Source of the DNA: a virus
Taxonomy: Duplodnaviria; Heunggongvirae; Uroviricota; Caudoviricetes
DNA length: 64,000 nucleotides
Direction: 5' to 3' (one strand)
IMG/VR virus record: IMGVR_UViG_3300011008_000007
This document shows positions 27,745 through 36,325 of the stretch, in pieces; position 1 is the first letter of the stretch, and each line of letters begins with the position of its first letter. The notes beneath the pieces were generated by a model. It made no database searches. It was not told where the DNA came from and saw only the letters and a program-made list of their open reading frames with translations. Position numbers and translations under genes: made by a program.

Positions 27745-28503
27745 ATGTATGATATGATTACGAAAATAAAAGAAGATTGCGTTAAATGGATTAGCTCGTG
27801 GTTTAATAAGAATGGTTGGCAATGTAATGCAATCGTTGGTATTTCTGGTGGAATTGATTCAAGTGTAGTTGCCGCTCTTTGTGTAGAAGCTCTCGGCAAA
27901 GAACGTGTTATTGGTGTATTGATGCCGAATGGAGTTCAGCCAGATATTGATTATGCTTATAAGCTCATCAATCATTTAGGAATCGAGAGTATAGAAATCA
28001 ACATTAAAGATTCCGTAGATAATATCATAAAACAGATAGACAATGCTTCGGAGCAGACATTGATTAATTTGCCGGCACGAATTAGAATGTCAACATTATA
28101 TGCGGTTTCTCAAAGTAATAACGGCAGGGTAGCAAACACTTGTAATTTATCAGAAGATTATATTGGTTACTCAACAAGATATGGAGATAGTGTTGGTGAT
28201 TTTAGCCCATTGGCTCACTTTACTAAATCGGAAGTATTGTTGATTGCAGATAAATTGGGATTGCCTAAAGAACTAATTGAAAAGGTGCCGACAGATGGAT
28301 TGAGCGGCAAAACCGATGAAGAGAATTTTGGATTTACATACGAACAATTGGATAAGGAGATTAGAGGTTGTTATAATTATCCAAAGACCAATTTAGAGAG
28401 AGAAATCACAAATAAGATTGATGAACTACACAAGAAAAATGAGTTTAAATTAAAGCCTATGGATTGTTATGATTTCCACGGATTTAAACATTATACAAGC
28501 TAA
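27745..28503 (+). CDS. nadE: NH3-dependent NAD+ synthetase
   Basis: PP-loop GISGGIDSSVV and overall NadE-like length and order. Confidence 0.7.
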   Translation: MYDMITKIKEDCVKWISSWFNKNGWQCNAIVGISGGIDSSVVAALCVEALGKERVIGVLMPNGVQPDIDYAYKLINHLGIESIEINIKDSVDNIIKQIDNASEQTLINLPARIRMSTLYAVSQSNNGRVANTCNLSEDYIGYSTRYGDSVGDFSPLAHFTKSEVLLIADKLGLPKELIEKVPTDGLSGKTDEENFGFTYEQLDKEIRGCYNYPKTNLEREITNKIDELHKKNEFKLKPMDCYDFHGFKHYTS

Positions 28504-28528
28504 TCATTGATTTTGGAAAGGGCAATAT

Positions 28529-28816
28529 ATGATAAATTATGATAATCTTGTAAATTATTTAAAAGTTAATGCTTTAGGTAAATCAAACCCAATAACAAGC
28601 AGAGTAATATGTAATTATTTTGGTTGTTCTTCTGCGGATTTAAGAAAAAATGTTAATCTTGCGCGCAATAACGGATATGGGATTTGTTCTTCTGTAAAAG
28701 GATATTATTATGCGACCAACAAGGAAGATATAAATGAAACTATTAACCAATTGCGCAGCAGAATTGCAAAAATAAAGGAAGCAATTAGCGGCTTAGAAGA
28801 GGGTGCTTGTGTATGA
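28529..28816 (+). CDS. hypothetical protein
   Basis: ORF with SD. Confidence 0.4.
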   Translation: MINYDNLVNYLKVNALGKSNPITSRVICNYFGCSSADLRKNVNLARNNGYGICSSVKGYYYATNKEDINETINQLRSRIAKIKEAISGLEEGACV

Positions 28817-29283
28817 AATTCAGAACCGATTTTGTAACAAACAGTAGTTCAAGTAGTTTTATTCTTGGTTTTAAATCAGAGGATTCAATAAAGGAAGAAT
28901 TGGAATATAGTGCCGGACTTGGTGCGGACTATGTATTCAACGATATAAAAGACCTTAAAAGATTAAGTGTTGACGAGCTTAAAGATTTAATCAGAGAAGA
29001 ATATATTTGGAACGCTCGATATAAGATTGAGCACGCCTACGAAAGAGAGCATAGATGTTCATATTCTGAGGCTTATGAGTATGTTAAATCCGATGAGGGT
29101 AAAAAGGCTGTTGAAGATTATCTTAATTGTCTTGTCAACAGAATAATGGAAACCATTAAACGCAACGGATATACGGTATTTGTTGAAACCTCTTATTGCG
29201 ACCACGACCCGATTGAATCTCAGCTTGAACATATGATTATGCCCGATTCAGCTAATACGCTGCTCACAATTAATAATCATTAA
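28813..29283 (+). CDS. paralog 1 of MKxRTDFVTNSSSSSF family
   Basis: N-terminus MKFRTDFVTNSSSSSFILGF; rest unrelated to the other paralogs. Confidence 0.55.
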   Translation: MKFRTDFVTNSSSSSFILGFKSEDSIKEELEYSAGLGADYVFNDIKDLKRLSVDELKDLIREEYIWNARYKIEHAYEREHRCSYSEAYEYVKSDEGKKAVEDYLNCLVNRIMETIKRNGYTVFVETSYCDHDPIESQLEHMIMPDSANTLLTINNH

Positions 29284-29295
29284 TGAGGTTGATAT

Positions 29296-29613
29296 ATGAA
29301 AATTAGAACTGACTTTGTGACCAATTCCAGTAGCAGTAGTTTTGTAATCTGCAAAAAGGATATTGATAAAGAAAAAATTGAATATATAGAAAGAAAATTC
29401 GAGAGGGTTACAAGTAAAGAATTATTGGAAATGTGTAGAAATTTCGATGTTTGTTATGCGACATATTTTCTTGTTGATTATGAGCCCTGCGATGAAGAAA
29501 TGCACATTTGGGTAAGACGAGACGAGGCAATGTATGATGAATATATAGACGATACTCTTTATGACAAAGATTGCAGTTGCGACATTGAACCCAAATTCGA
29601 TTATCACTATTAA
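29296..29613 (+). CDS. paralog 2 of MKxRTDFVTNSSSSSF family
   Basis: MKIRTDFVTNSSSSSFVICK... Confidence 0.55.
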   Translation: MKIRTDFVTNSSSSSFVICKKDIDKEKIEYIERKFERVTSKELLEMCRNFDVCYATYFLVDYEPCDEEMHIWVRRDEAMYDEYIDDTLYDKDCSCDIEPKFDYHY

Positions 29614-29622
29614 GGAGTCATT

Positions 29623-29895
29623 ATGAAGATAAGATATGATTTCGTAACCAATAGTAGTTCTTCAAGTTTTGTTATATCCAAAAGTGTTTTATCGCCGCGA
29701 CAAATTGAGATAATCAAAGACCATATCAATTACGCTAAAAAGCATAATTTTGATAATTATTGTTGTGCAGAAGACGCTTGGAATGTATATGAAAACGAAA
29801 AAGATATTAACGTTTGGTCAATTTTGGATAATTTCGATATGTATTCTTTCTTAATTGAAATCGGAGTTAAACCAGAAGATATAAAGGATGAATAG
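29623..29895 (+). CDS. paralog 3 of MKxRTDFVTNSSSSSF family
   Basis: MKIRYDFVTNSSSSSFVISK... Confidence 0.55.
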   Translation: MKIRYDFVTNSSSSSFVISKSVLSPRQIEIIKDHINYAKKHNFDNYCCAEDAWNVYENEKDINVWSILDNFDMYSFLIEIGVKPEDIKDE

Positions 29896-29897
29896 AA

Positions 29898-30491
29898 ATG
29901 AAATATAGATTAGATTTTGTAACAAATTCAAGTAGTTCGAGTTTTGTTTGTGAAATTTGCGGTAGGGAAGAATGTGGATTTGACCTTAGTTTAAGCGATT
30001 GCGAAATGGCAGAATGTGTAAATGGTCACATTTTCTGCGTTGACGAAATGCTACCCACTCCAAATAAAGAAGAACTCATAAAAATCATATTGGATAATGA
30101 ATTAAATACAGACCGTTGGGATGATACAATTAAAGAATATCGAGATTTTACTGCCGAAGAATTGAAAACCAAGTCAAAAGAAATTTTGTTTGAGGAATTT
30201 TGTTCTGAGGGCGGCAATTATGAGGTACCTGAATGTGTTTGTCCGATTTGTCAATTTATTGAATATTCCGAAAAAGATTTGAGCAAATACCTTGAAAAAG
30301 AATATGGGGTAAGTAGAGATGAAATTTTTGCTAAAATAAAAGAACTGAATAGGCGCCGCCGCAAATTATATGATAGCGAATACATAACAGAGGTGTGTCA
30401 AAGATTTAACCTCAAACCAGCCGAAATAGTTTCAGAGTGGAAAGAGAAATTCAACTCATATGAAGAGTTTTCCAAATATATTATGGAGTAA
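29898..30491 (+). CDS. paralog 4 of MKxRTDFVTNSSSSSF family (Cys-pair rich)
   Basis: MKYRLDFVTNSSSSSFVCEICG...; multiple CxxC pairs. Confidence 0.55.
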   Translation: MKYRLDFVTNSSSSSFVCEICGREECGFDLSLSDCEMAECVNGHIFCVDEMLPTPNKEELIKIILDNELNTDRWDDTIKEYRDFTAEELKTKSKEILFEEFCSEGGNYEVPECVCPICQFIEYSEKDLSKYLEKEYGVSRDEIFAKIKELNRRRRKLYDSEYITEVCQRFNLKPAEIVSEWKEKFNSYEEFSKYIME

Positions 30492-30496
30492 GTATA

Positions 30497-30913
30497 ATGA
30501 AAATAAGAACAGATTTTGTAACCAATAGTTCAAGTAGTAGTTTTATAATTGCATATAAAGATATTCCTCCAGAGAATCCAAGTGATTTGTACTATAATCT
30601 TTATAAAGAAATCATTAACGGGATTGTAACAAGTGAATCCGGTGACACATCCGAGGCAACGGTTTATACGACCAAAGAAGAACTTGATAAACGTTTTCTA
30701 TCTTGTTATACGTTTGGCGACGAAACTTTAGAGGATTTATTCGAGGATGATGAATATCTTAAAGACCTTTACAAAAAAATTGCCAAATATTTGGATAAAG
30801 GTTACTCTATAATGGATAAGAGTATTGATTATAACGATAACGGACTCATTAGCTTAATACAAACAATAGCGCAAGGAAATGAGAACTTCGTTATTATTGA
30901 TGAAGGAGAATAA
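30497..30913 (+). CDS. paralog 5 of MKxRTDFVTNSSSSSF family
   Basis: MKIRTDFVTNSSSSSFIIAYK... Confidence 0.55.
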   Translation: MKIRTDFVTNSSSSSFIIAYKDIPPENPSDLYYNLYKEIINGIVTSESGDTSEATVYTTKEELDKRFLSCYTFGDETLEDLFEDDEYLKDLYKKIAKYLDKGYSIMDKSIDYNDNGLISLIQTIAQGNENFVIIDEGE

Positions 30914-30938
30914 TTTTATAAACCTATCAAAAAAACTA

Positions 30939-30967
30939 TTGACAAATTGATAAAAGTATGCTATAAT
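30939..30967 (+). promoter_or_regulatory. promoter with A-rich block + TTGACA-N17-TGcTATAAT
   Basis: Hexamers 30939-30944 and 30962-30967; followed by a 250 nt structured leader before the flotillin gene. Confidence 0.55.
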
Positions 30968-31214
30968 ACATACTGTAATCAAGAGAGTAACAAATTGAGT
31001 GGTGAGTAAAAAGCCTTTTGACAAATGGAGAAATTTTATTAGAATAAGTTAATTCCTCTCCCTTGAAAGGAGAAAATTTCGGTTAAAGCCCGAAATAAGA
31101 TTTTAAAGTTTGGATAAAGAAAAAGATAACGTCGCGCGAGTTATCTCCTATAGGTGTAAGTCCTATGGCTCAATTTTACATAGATAAACTAAAGATTAAG
31201 GAGTTTATTTTACT

Positions 31215-32804
31215 ATGTTTGAAAACATTTTACCGTATTTGACAATCGGGGGCGTTGTTCTGGCTATTGTTCTTGCAATAATTATTTTCCTTTGCAAGAT
31301 TTACAAGGTAGCGGACATCGACAAAGCTCTCATTATTACGGGTGGTAAGGAACCCATTATTAAGGTTTCCGGCGGCAGTTTCGTAGTTCCGATTTTCCGC
31401 AAGGCACAGTATTTCGACTTGTGTATGCTAACGGTAACGGCGGATGAAGACGAAGTAAAAACCAGTACGTCAGTTCCTATCATTATTGATTGGACAGCTC
31501 AAATTAGACCTGATATTCACAACTTAGAGAATCTAAGAAAAGCAATTATCTCGTTTAAAGAGAGAGGTCAAGATGGAATCATTAATGACGTTGGTTTAAC
31601 TCTTACTGGCGTAGTTCGTGACATTGTTGCTTCAATGACACCAGAGGAAGTCCAGAGAGATAAAGTCACTTTTGCCGAGAACGTAAGAAATAACGTTGCG
31701 GACGAAATGATTAATATGGGTATGGAAATCGTTTCTCTTAATATCCAAGACATTAGCGATAACAATGGTTATTATGACAATATTGCTCGTCTTGATATGG
31801 AAGATAAACGTCGAGAGGCTGAAAATAAGATTGCTGCTGTTGACCAGTCGGTTCGCACACAGAAAGCCGAATCCGAAAAGATTGCCTCTCAGAATGAGCT
31901 CGACTCAGAGCTTGCCGTAGCCGAAAAGCAGAGAGATAATAATATCAAAATTGCGGGATTTAAGGCAGAAACCGATAAAGCTAATGCCGATGCTTCAATT
32001 GCCGGCGAATTGCAGAAAACCAAAAGGCAGCAGGAGATTGCTAAGGAACGTGGTCAAGTACAAGTAGTTGAACAGGAACAGGCAAATCTTGCGGCGCAAA
32101 AGGAAAAAGAAGTAATTGCGACAAGAGCAGCGGCAGAAAAGCAGAAGAAAGAAATCGACGCAGAGGCAGAATCTAATGTAAATAAGATTTCCGCTGACGC
32201 AAGAGTTTCGGTTGCCGAAAAGGACGCTAACGCGGTTAAGATTACCGCAGACGCTAATGCCGAGAAAATCCGCAAAGAAGGTATGGCTGAGGCAGACATT
32301 ATTAAGGCTAAAGGTCTTTCTGAGGTCGAGATTGCCAAATCAAAAGGTATGGCAGAAGCCGAAGTTGAAAAGCAGAAACTTATGGCGCAAGCTGAAGGTG
32401 AAAGAGCACTTGCTGAGGCTCGTGCGGCAAATGAGAAAGTCAACTTTGAGATTGAAAAACTCAAAATTGAGAATGATGCTAAGATTACCATTGCAACCAA
32501 GACGGCTGAGATTATGGCTAATATCGGTCAGAATGCTGAGTTCGTTAATATTGGCGGAAATGGCGGAGCAGGTAGCACAGGAAATGTGCTTATCGACACT
32601 CTCAATGCGGTGCCAGGTCTTATGAGGTCGCTTAATGCACAAAATGAGGCATTAAATGGTCGCTCAATTAACGAAGAGCTCAATAATTTGGTTTCAAGCG
32701 TTGCCGCACCAATCAAGGGTTTGCTTTCAACCTCAGAAACAACCAATATCAATACGAGTGAAGAATCAAAACTTCCGAGTAGCGATGCGGTTGAAGAGGA
32801 CTAA
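31215..32804 (+). CDS. flotillin-like SPFH/band-7 protein
   Basis: N-terminal TM, SPFH-like core, then a long Ala/Glu/Lys-rich coiled coil (KAEAEAEVEKQK...) as in bacterial flotillins (YqiK/FloA). Confidence 0.6.
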   Translation: MFENILPYLTIGGVVLAIVLAIIIFLCKIYKVADIDKALIITGGKEPIIKVSGGSFVVPIFRKAQYFDLCMLTVTADEDEVKTSTSVPIIIDWTAQIRPDIHNLENLRKAIISFKERGQDGIINDVGLTLTGVVRDIVASMTPEEVQRDKVTFAENVRNNVADEMINMGMEIVSLNIQDISDNNGYYDNIARLDMEDKRREAENKIAAVDQSVRTQKAESEKIASQNELDSELAVAEKQRDNNIKIAGFKAETDKANADASIAGELQKTKRQQEIAKERGQVQVVEQEQANLAAQKEKEVIATRAAAEKQKKEIDAEAESNVNKISADARVSVAEKDANAVKITADANAEKIRKEGMAEADIIKAKGLSEVEIAKSKGMAEAEVEKQKLMAQAEGERALAEARAANEKVNFEIEKLKIENDAKITIATKTAEIMANIGQNAEFVNIGGNGGAGSTGNVLIDTLNAVPGLMRSLNAQNEALNGRSINEELNNLVSSVAAPIKGLLSTSETTNINTSEESKLPSSDAVEED

Positions 32805-32885
32805 TTTTTAAGGGCAATAAACCTAACAATAAAATTAGTGCAAGAAACATAAAGAAAAGGGAGAGTGTAATTCTCTCCCACATAC

Positions 32886-32960
32886 TGAGCCGTCGCCAAG
32901 CGGTAAGGCACAGGACTTTGACTCCTGCACTCGTGGGTTCAAATCCCGCCGGCTCAGCCA
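32886..32960 (+). tRNA. tRNA-Gln(TTG)
   Basis: Hand-folded cloverleaf: acceptor TGAGCCG/CGGCTCA, anticodon loop CTTTGAC, T-arm GTGGGTTCAAATCCCGC, CCA encoded. Confidence 0.7.
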
Positions 32961-33261
32961 ATAGGTTCTCATTGACCTTAGAATAATGGGCGAGACCAAA
33001 TGAGAAGCAGGTATAAATCTCCGTCAGCAGAGAAAGTTGAGAGAATGGCTGCGTGTTATGTGTTATCTTTTATAGTTTTTCATAGGACTTTAGCGTGAAT
33101 AAAGAAGTAAGTAAAAACTATATATGGCGAGTTCAGTAATAGATGACGCAATATACAAAGTATATTGTTTGAAAGTATAAAATCCCAGGGCTCTTTTATA
33201 CGAGTAAATAATACAAAAATATCGGGGCAGTACCGAGGCTCGTTCACCAACTTAAAAATAT

Positions 33262-33729
33262 GGGGCAGTTCTGGTATTCGACAGGCTGTTGAAAGAATAA
33301 ACTTCGCAGGTAAGCTACAACCTTAATGTGCAAACTTAAAAATAAACGACAAAACTGTTGTAACACTTCATCCTGCTCTTGTAGCAACACTCTCACAGAG
33401 GGCTGCCGCATAAGCAAATTTGGATGCCAAAACAATACTCCTGCTATTCGGTAAGTATTTGAGGTTTAGGATAGAGTAGCAAAATGGTTTCTTGCTTCCA
33501 CAAAAAGTAAGTGGTGGATTTGGTTTGACGAAACTTGTCATCCCCATTCGGAATATCACGAGACCGTCACCGAATTAAAATATAAGGAGTATTATTATGG
33601 AATGCGATTAATTTAATAAAACTATGAGAACGGTAGAGGCTCGGACGGCAAAAAGAATACCTATTGCGTAAAAAGAGTTTATTTAAGTATGTAGTTTGGA
33701 CACGAGTTCGATTCTCGTCTGCTCCACCA
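33262..33729 (+). ncRNA. ssrA: tmRNA (SsrA)
   Basis: 5' GGGGCAGTTCTGGTATTCGACAGG (tmRNA consensus GGGGCUGAUUCUGGAUUCGACGGG). 3' GGACACGAGTTCGATTCTCGTCTGCTCCACCA (T-arm + acceptor pairing with the 5' end + CCA). Candidate tag ORF 33330-33413 ending ...QRAAA-stop; length 468 nt is long. Confidence 0.6.
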
Positions 33730-33802
33730 GTTGTTGTTGCCAAATATTAACATTGTAAACAACGATAGGTTTTATCATTTTCCTAACAAAAAAATGATTT
33801 AT

Positions 33803-33895
33803 GGCGCAGTAACCCTAATTGGTAAGGGAGCAGTTTGCTAAACTGTGAGTAACCGAGCAATCGGCTTGTAGGTTCAAGTCCTACCTGTGCCGCCA
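33803..33895 (+). tRNA. tRNA-Ser(GCT), type II
   Basis: Acceptor GGCGCAG/CTGTGCC, anticodon loop TTGCTAA, long variable arm, T-arm GTAGGTTCAAGTCCTAC, CCA. Confidence 0.65.
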
Positions 33896-33912
33896 CATTT
33901 GGAGGATATAGC

Positions 33913-34683
33913 ATGATTTACATCACGGGTGACTGTCACGCAAAATTCGATAGATTTTCAACTAAAAGATTTCCCGAACAAAAGGAAATGACCAAAGATG
34001 ATTATGTTATCATTTGCGGCGATTTTGGCGGAGTATGGAATCATTCTGTATCAACCTCGGAAGAAAAGTATTGGCTTGATTGGCTCAATGACAAACCTTT
34101 CACAACATTATTTGTTGACGGTAATCACGAGAATTTTGACCGACTGAAAGATTTTCCTCGCAAAAATTGGAACGGAGGAATGGTACACGAAATTAGACCA
34201 AGTGTTCTCCATCTAATGAGAGGTTATGTGTTCGATTTAGGGGGAAAGAAATTCTTTACCTTTGGTGGAGCTAAAAGTCACGATATTCAAGATGGTATTT
34301 TAGACCTAAAAGATTATAAAAGCCTTTCTGATTTGGTTAAAGATTATAATCTTCGCACATTTCATTTAAGACAAATGTTGAGAATAAACCATTATTCTTG
34401 GTGGAAAGATGAACTTCCGACAACCGCCGAAATGGAACGAGGAATTAAAAATTTAAACAAAGTTGATTTTAAGGTCGATTATGTGATTTCACATTGCCCA
34501 CCAAGAGAAGTAAATGCTTGGCGAGGATATTATGACCAAGACAGATTAACAAAGTATTTTGATAAACTGCTCGAAATAGGATTAAGCTTCAAAGAATGGT
34601 GGTCAGGACACATTCATTGTAATGAATACGGAGTGTTCAGTAAATATAATGTTATCTATGAAGATATTAAGAGGTTAGTTTAA
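33913..34683 (+). CDS. calcineurin-like metallophosphoesterase
   Basis: Motifs ITGDCH, ICGDFGG, DGNHEN of the metallophosphatase fold. Confidence 0.6.
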   Translation: MIYITGDCHAKFDRFSTKRFPEQKEMTKDDYVIICGDFGGVWNHSVSTSEEKYWLDWLNDKPFTTLFVDGNHENFDRLKDFPRKNWNGGMVHEIRPSVLHLMRGYVFDLGGKKFFTFGGAKSHDIQDGILDLKDYKSLSDLVKDYNLRTFHLRQMLRINHYSWWKDELPTTAEMERGIKNLNKVDFKVDYVISHCPPREVNAWRGYYDQDRLTKYFDKLLEIGLSFKEWWSGHIHCNEYGVFSKYNVIYEDIKRLV

Positions 34684-34994
34684 TGATAAAAATAGTCAGA
34701 GCCGCCATTAGATTTAAACAACTTAATTCGGATAGATACTCTTCCGACGAGTATCGAATTAAATATGGTTGGCGACACCATTTGATTTTTCAAGAAATGC
34801 AAAATGAGGGTATTGTTTATAATCGTAACGATTATCAATCTGGCTTTATAACAAACGAACATCCTATACATTTTGTAGATAGAGAAGAAGCTGCAAAAAT
34901 TGCCTATAAAGCCGGACAAACGCCAATATTAAAAGAAACTTTGTTTTCTGAGGATTTATGGAATATTGACGGAACATTGGTGTACGAAAAATAA
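34683..34994 (+). CDS. hypothetical protein
   Basis: ORF, coupled. Confidence 0.4.
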   Translation: MIKIVRAAIRFKQLNSDRYSSDEYRIKYGWRHHLIFQEMQNEGIVYNRNDYQSGFITNEHPIHFVDREEAAKIAYKAGQTPILKETLFSEDLWNIDGTLVYEK

Positions 34995-35008
34995 TACAAT
35001 AAAAATGC

Positions 35009-35084
35009 GAGCATAGTGTAGCTGCATAGCATATTTGCCTTCCAAGCAAATGGCGCGGGTTGGAATCCCGCTGTTCGCTCCACG
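35009..35084 (+). tRNA. tRNA-Gly(TCC)
   Basis: 76 nt cloverleaf; anticodon loop CTTCCAA; T-loop TTGGAAT is atypical; CCA encoded. Confidence 0.55.
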
Positions 35085-35516
35085 GAAGTTTAAGATTAAA
35101 TACAGTCCACAAGAACTAACATATCCTTATTCTATGGTTCTTACTCACGACTGGCGCCTGCGCTGGTAAGTTAAGGTTCTTATTGCCGAAGTACAAGGTG
35201 GCTGTTGCCTAAACAGATATGTAAATTTGGGGTCGAACTGCCCTTAGCCAAAATAGTTTTTCGCCAACTGAATGAAGTTGTTGGGGTTTTGCATATGACC
35301 AAATACATATGTGAGGTTTGTATTCTCGGATATACAGGTTAAACATTCAACCACAAAATGTTCGGCGTTTGGTTCGTATCGTCGAGAGGAATATAATGAA
35401 CAAGGTGAGATTCAAACCTTTTAAATATGTGCTTTTCGAGTTGGCTACGAAGTTGCTACATATAGGAATTAGGATAGCAACCTACTTTGGCGGCGGTCAA
35501 GATAACAGCTATATAT

Positions 35517-35591
35517 GTGGTCGTTGGTGTAACGGTAGCACGTTTGTTTGTGGCACAAAAGGAGTGAGTTCGATTCTCACACTTCCAACCA
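35517..35591 (+). tRNA. tRNA-His(GTG)-like (acceptor stem irregular)
   Basis: Anticodon arm TTTGT-TTGTGGC-ACAAA and T-arm GTGAGTTCGATTCTCAC are clear; the acceptor strands could not be paired cleanly by hand. Confidence 0.35.
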
Positions 35592-35594
35592 TAA

Positions 35595-35663
35595 GTCCGT
35601 ATAGTTTAAGGAACAAAACACCGCAAGATTGCGGAAACGTGGGCTCGGTACCCACTATGGGCA
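35595..35663 (+). pseudogene. degenerate tRNA-like element
   Basis: 7 bp acceptor-like pairing GTCCGTA/TATGGGC, D-like GTTT/AAAC, T-like stem GTGGG/CCCAC with non-canonical loop CTCGGTA, no canonical anticodon loop. Confidence 0.25.
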
Positions 35664-35771
35664 AACATAGTTGATGGCGCTATGGTCAGTAAGCTATCCG
35701 CGTTTGATTGTAGGCGTAGAGGTTGACATCTAACTACAATCTGGCACCTCGGAAAGACGGGGCATATATGT

Positions 35772-35846
35772 GGCGGGTTAGTCAAGTGGCTAAGACACTA
35801 CCCTTTCACGGTAGTAGCACGGGTTCGAGTCCCGTACCCGTCACCA
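35772..35846 (+). tRNA. tRNA-Glu(TTC)
   Basis: Acceptor GGCGGGT/ACCCGTC, anticodon loop CTTTCAC, T-arm ACGGGTTCGAGTCCCGT, CCA. Confidence 0.65.
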
Positions 35847-36020
35847 TTTGAGAAACATCAAAGGGAAGATTAAACATTAAAGACTACGACAGGGATTATC
35901 GCTGAAAAGTCGGTTAAGCGATTAATAAAGTTCCGAACTCGAAAAAGCGTTTTTGATAACAAACGGTAAACATTATCATCGCAACTAATCAAGCGGTTGT
36001 AGTAAAACAAAAGAGGCTAT

Positions 36021-36320
36021 ATGAGAATGAATAGGCTGATACGAGATATGAGAAAGAATAGACTGACACGCAAAGAAAAGAAAATGGCACACCAGCAATG
36101 TAAAAACTGCCGGCACTTTGGTGAGGGTTGTTGGAATGTTGATGGAGATTGTGTTAATTATCTTTCTAATACCGATACCAATTTTATTGTTATTGATATG
36201 ACTGTTGAAGTTAATAAAGATGTCGATGTGCGTATATTTTCTCAATATTTAACTAATTGGTTTGATTCTCACGGTTGGTCTTACTGTGGTTCAATAAAAC
36301 CATACGACGAAAAAGAATAA
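36021..36320 (+). CDS. hypothetical Cys-rich protein
   Basis: ORF with SD; CKNCRHFGEGC motif. Confidence 0.4.
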   Translation: MRMNRLIRDMRKNRLTRKEKKMAHQQCKNCRHFGEGCWNVDGDCVNYLSNTDTNFIVIDMTVEVNKDVDVRIFSQYLTNWFDSHGWSYCGSIKPYDEKE

Positions 36321-36325
36321 TATTT

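Noticed and set aside
32212-32625. Plus-strand ORF 32212..32625 and minus ORFs inside the flotillin gene
   Set aside because: Alternate-frame artefacts of the GC-richer Ala/Glu/Lys repeat region (GCNGAAGCN codons read out of frame)
33224-33249. Second GGGGCAG...CACCA element 38 nt upstream of the tmRNA start
   Set aside because: Too short (26 nt) to be an RNA gene. Probably a partial duplication of the tmRNA 5' end; kept only as a note
35318-35674. ORF 35318..35674 (118 aa) in the tRNA island
   Set aside because: Overlaps tRNA-His-like and the degenerate tRNA-like element. No SD; composition typical of structured RNA rather than coding sequence
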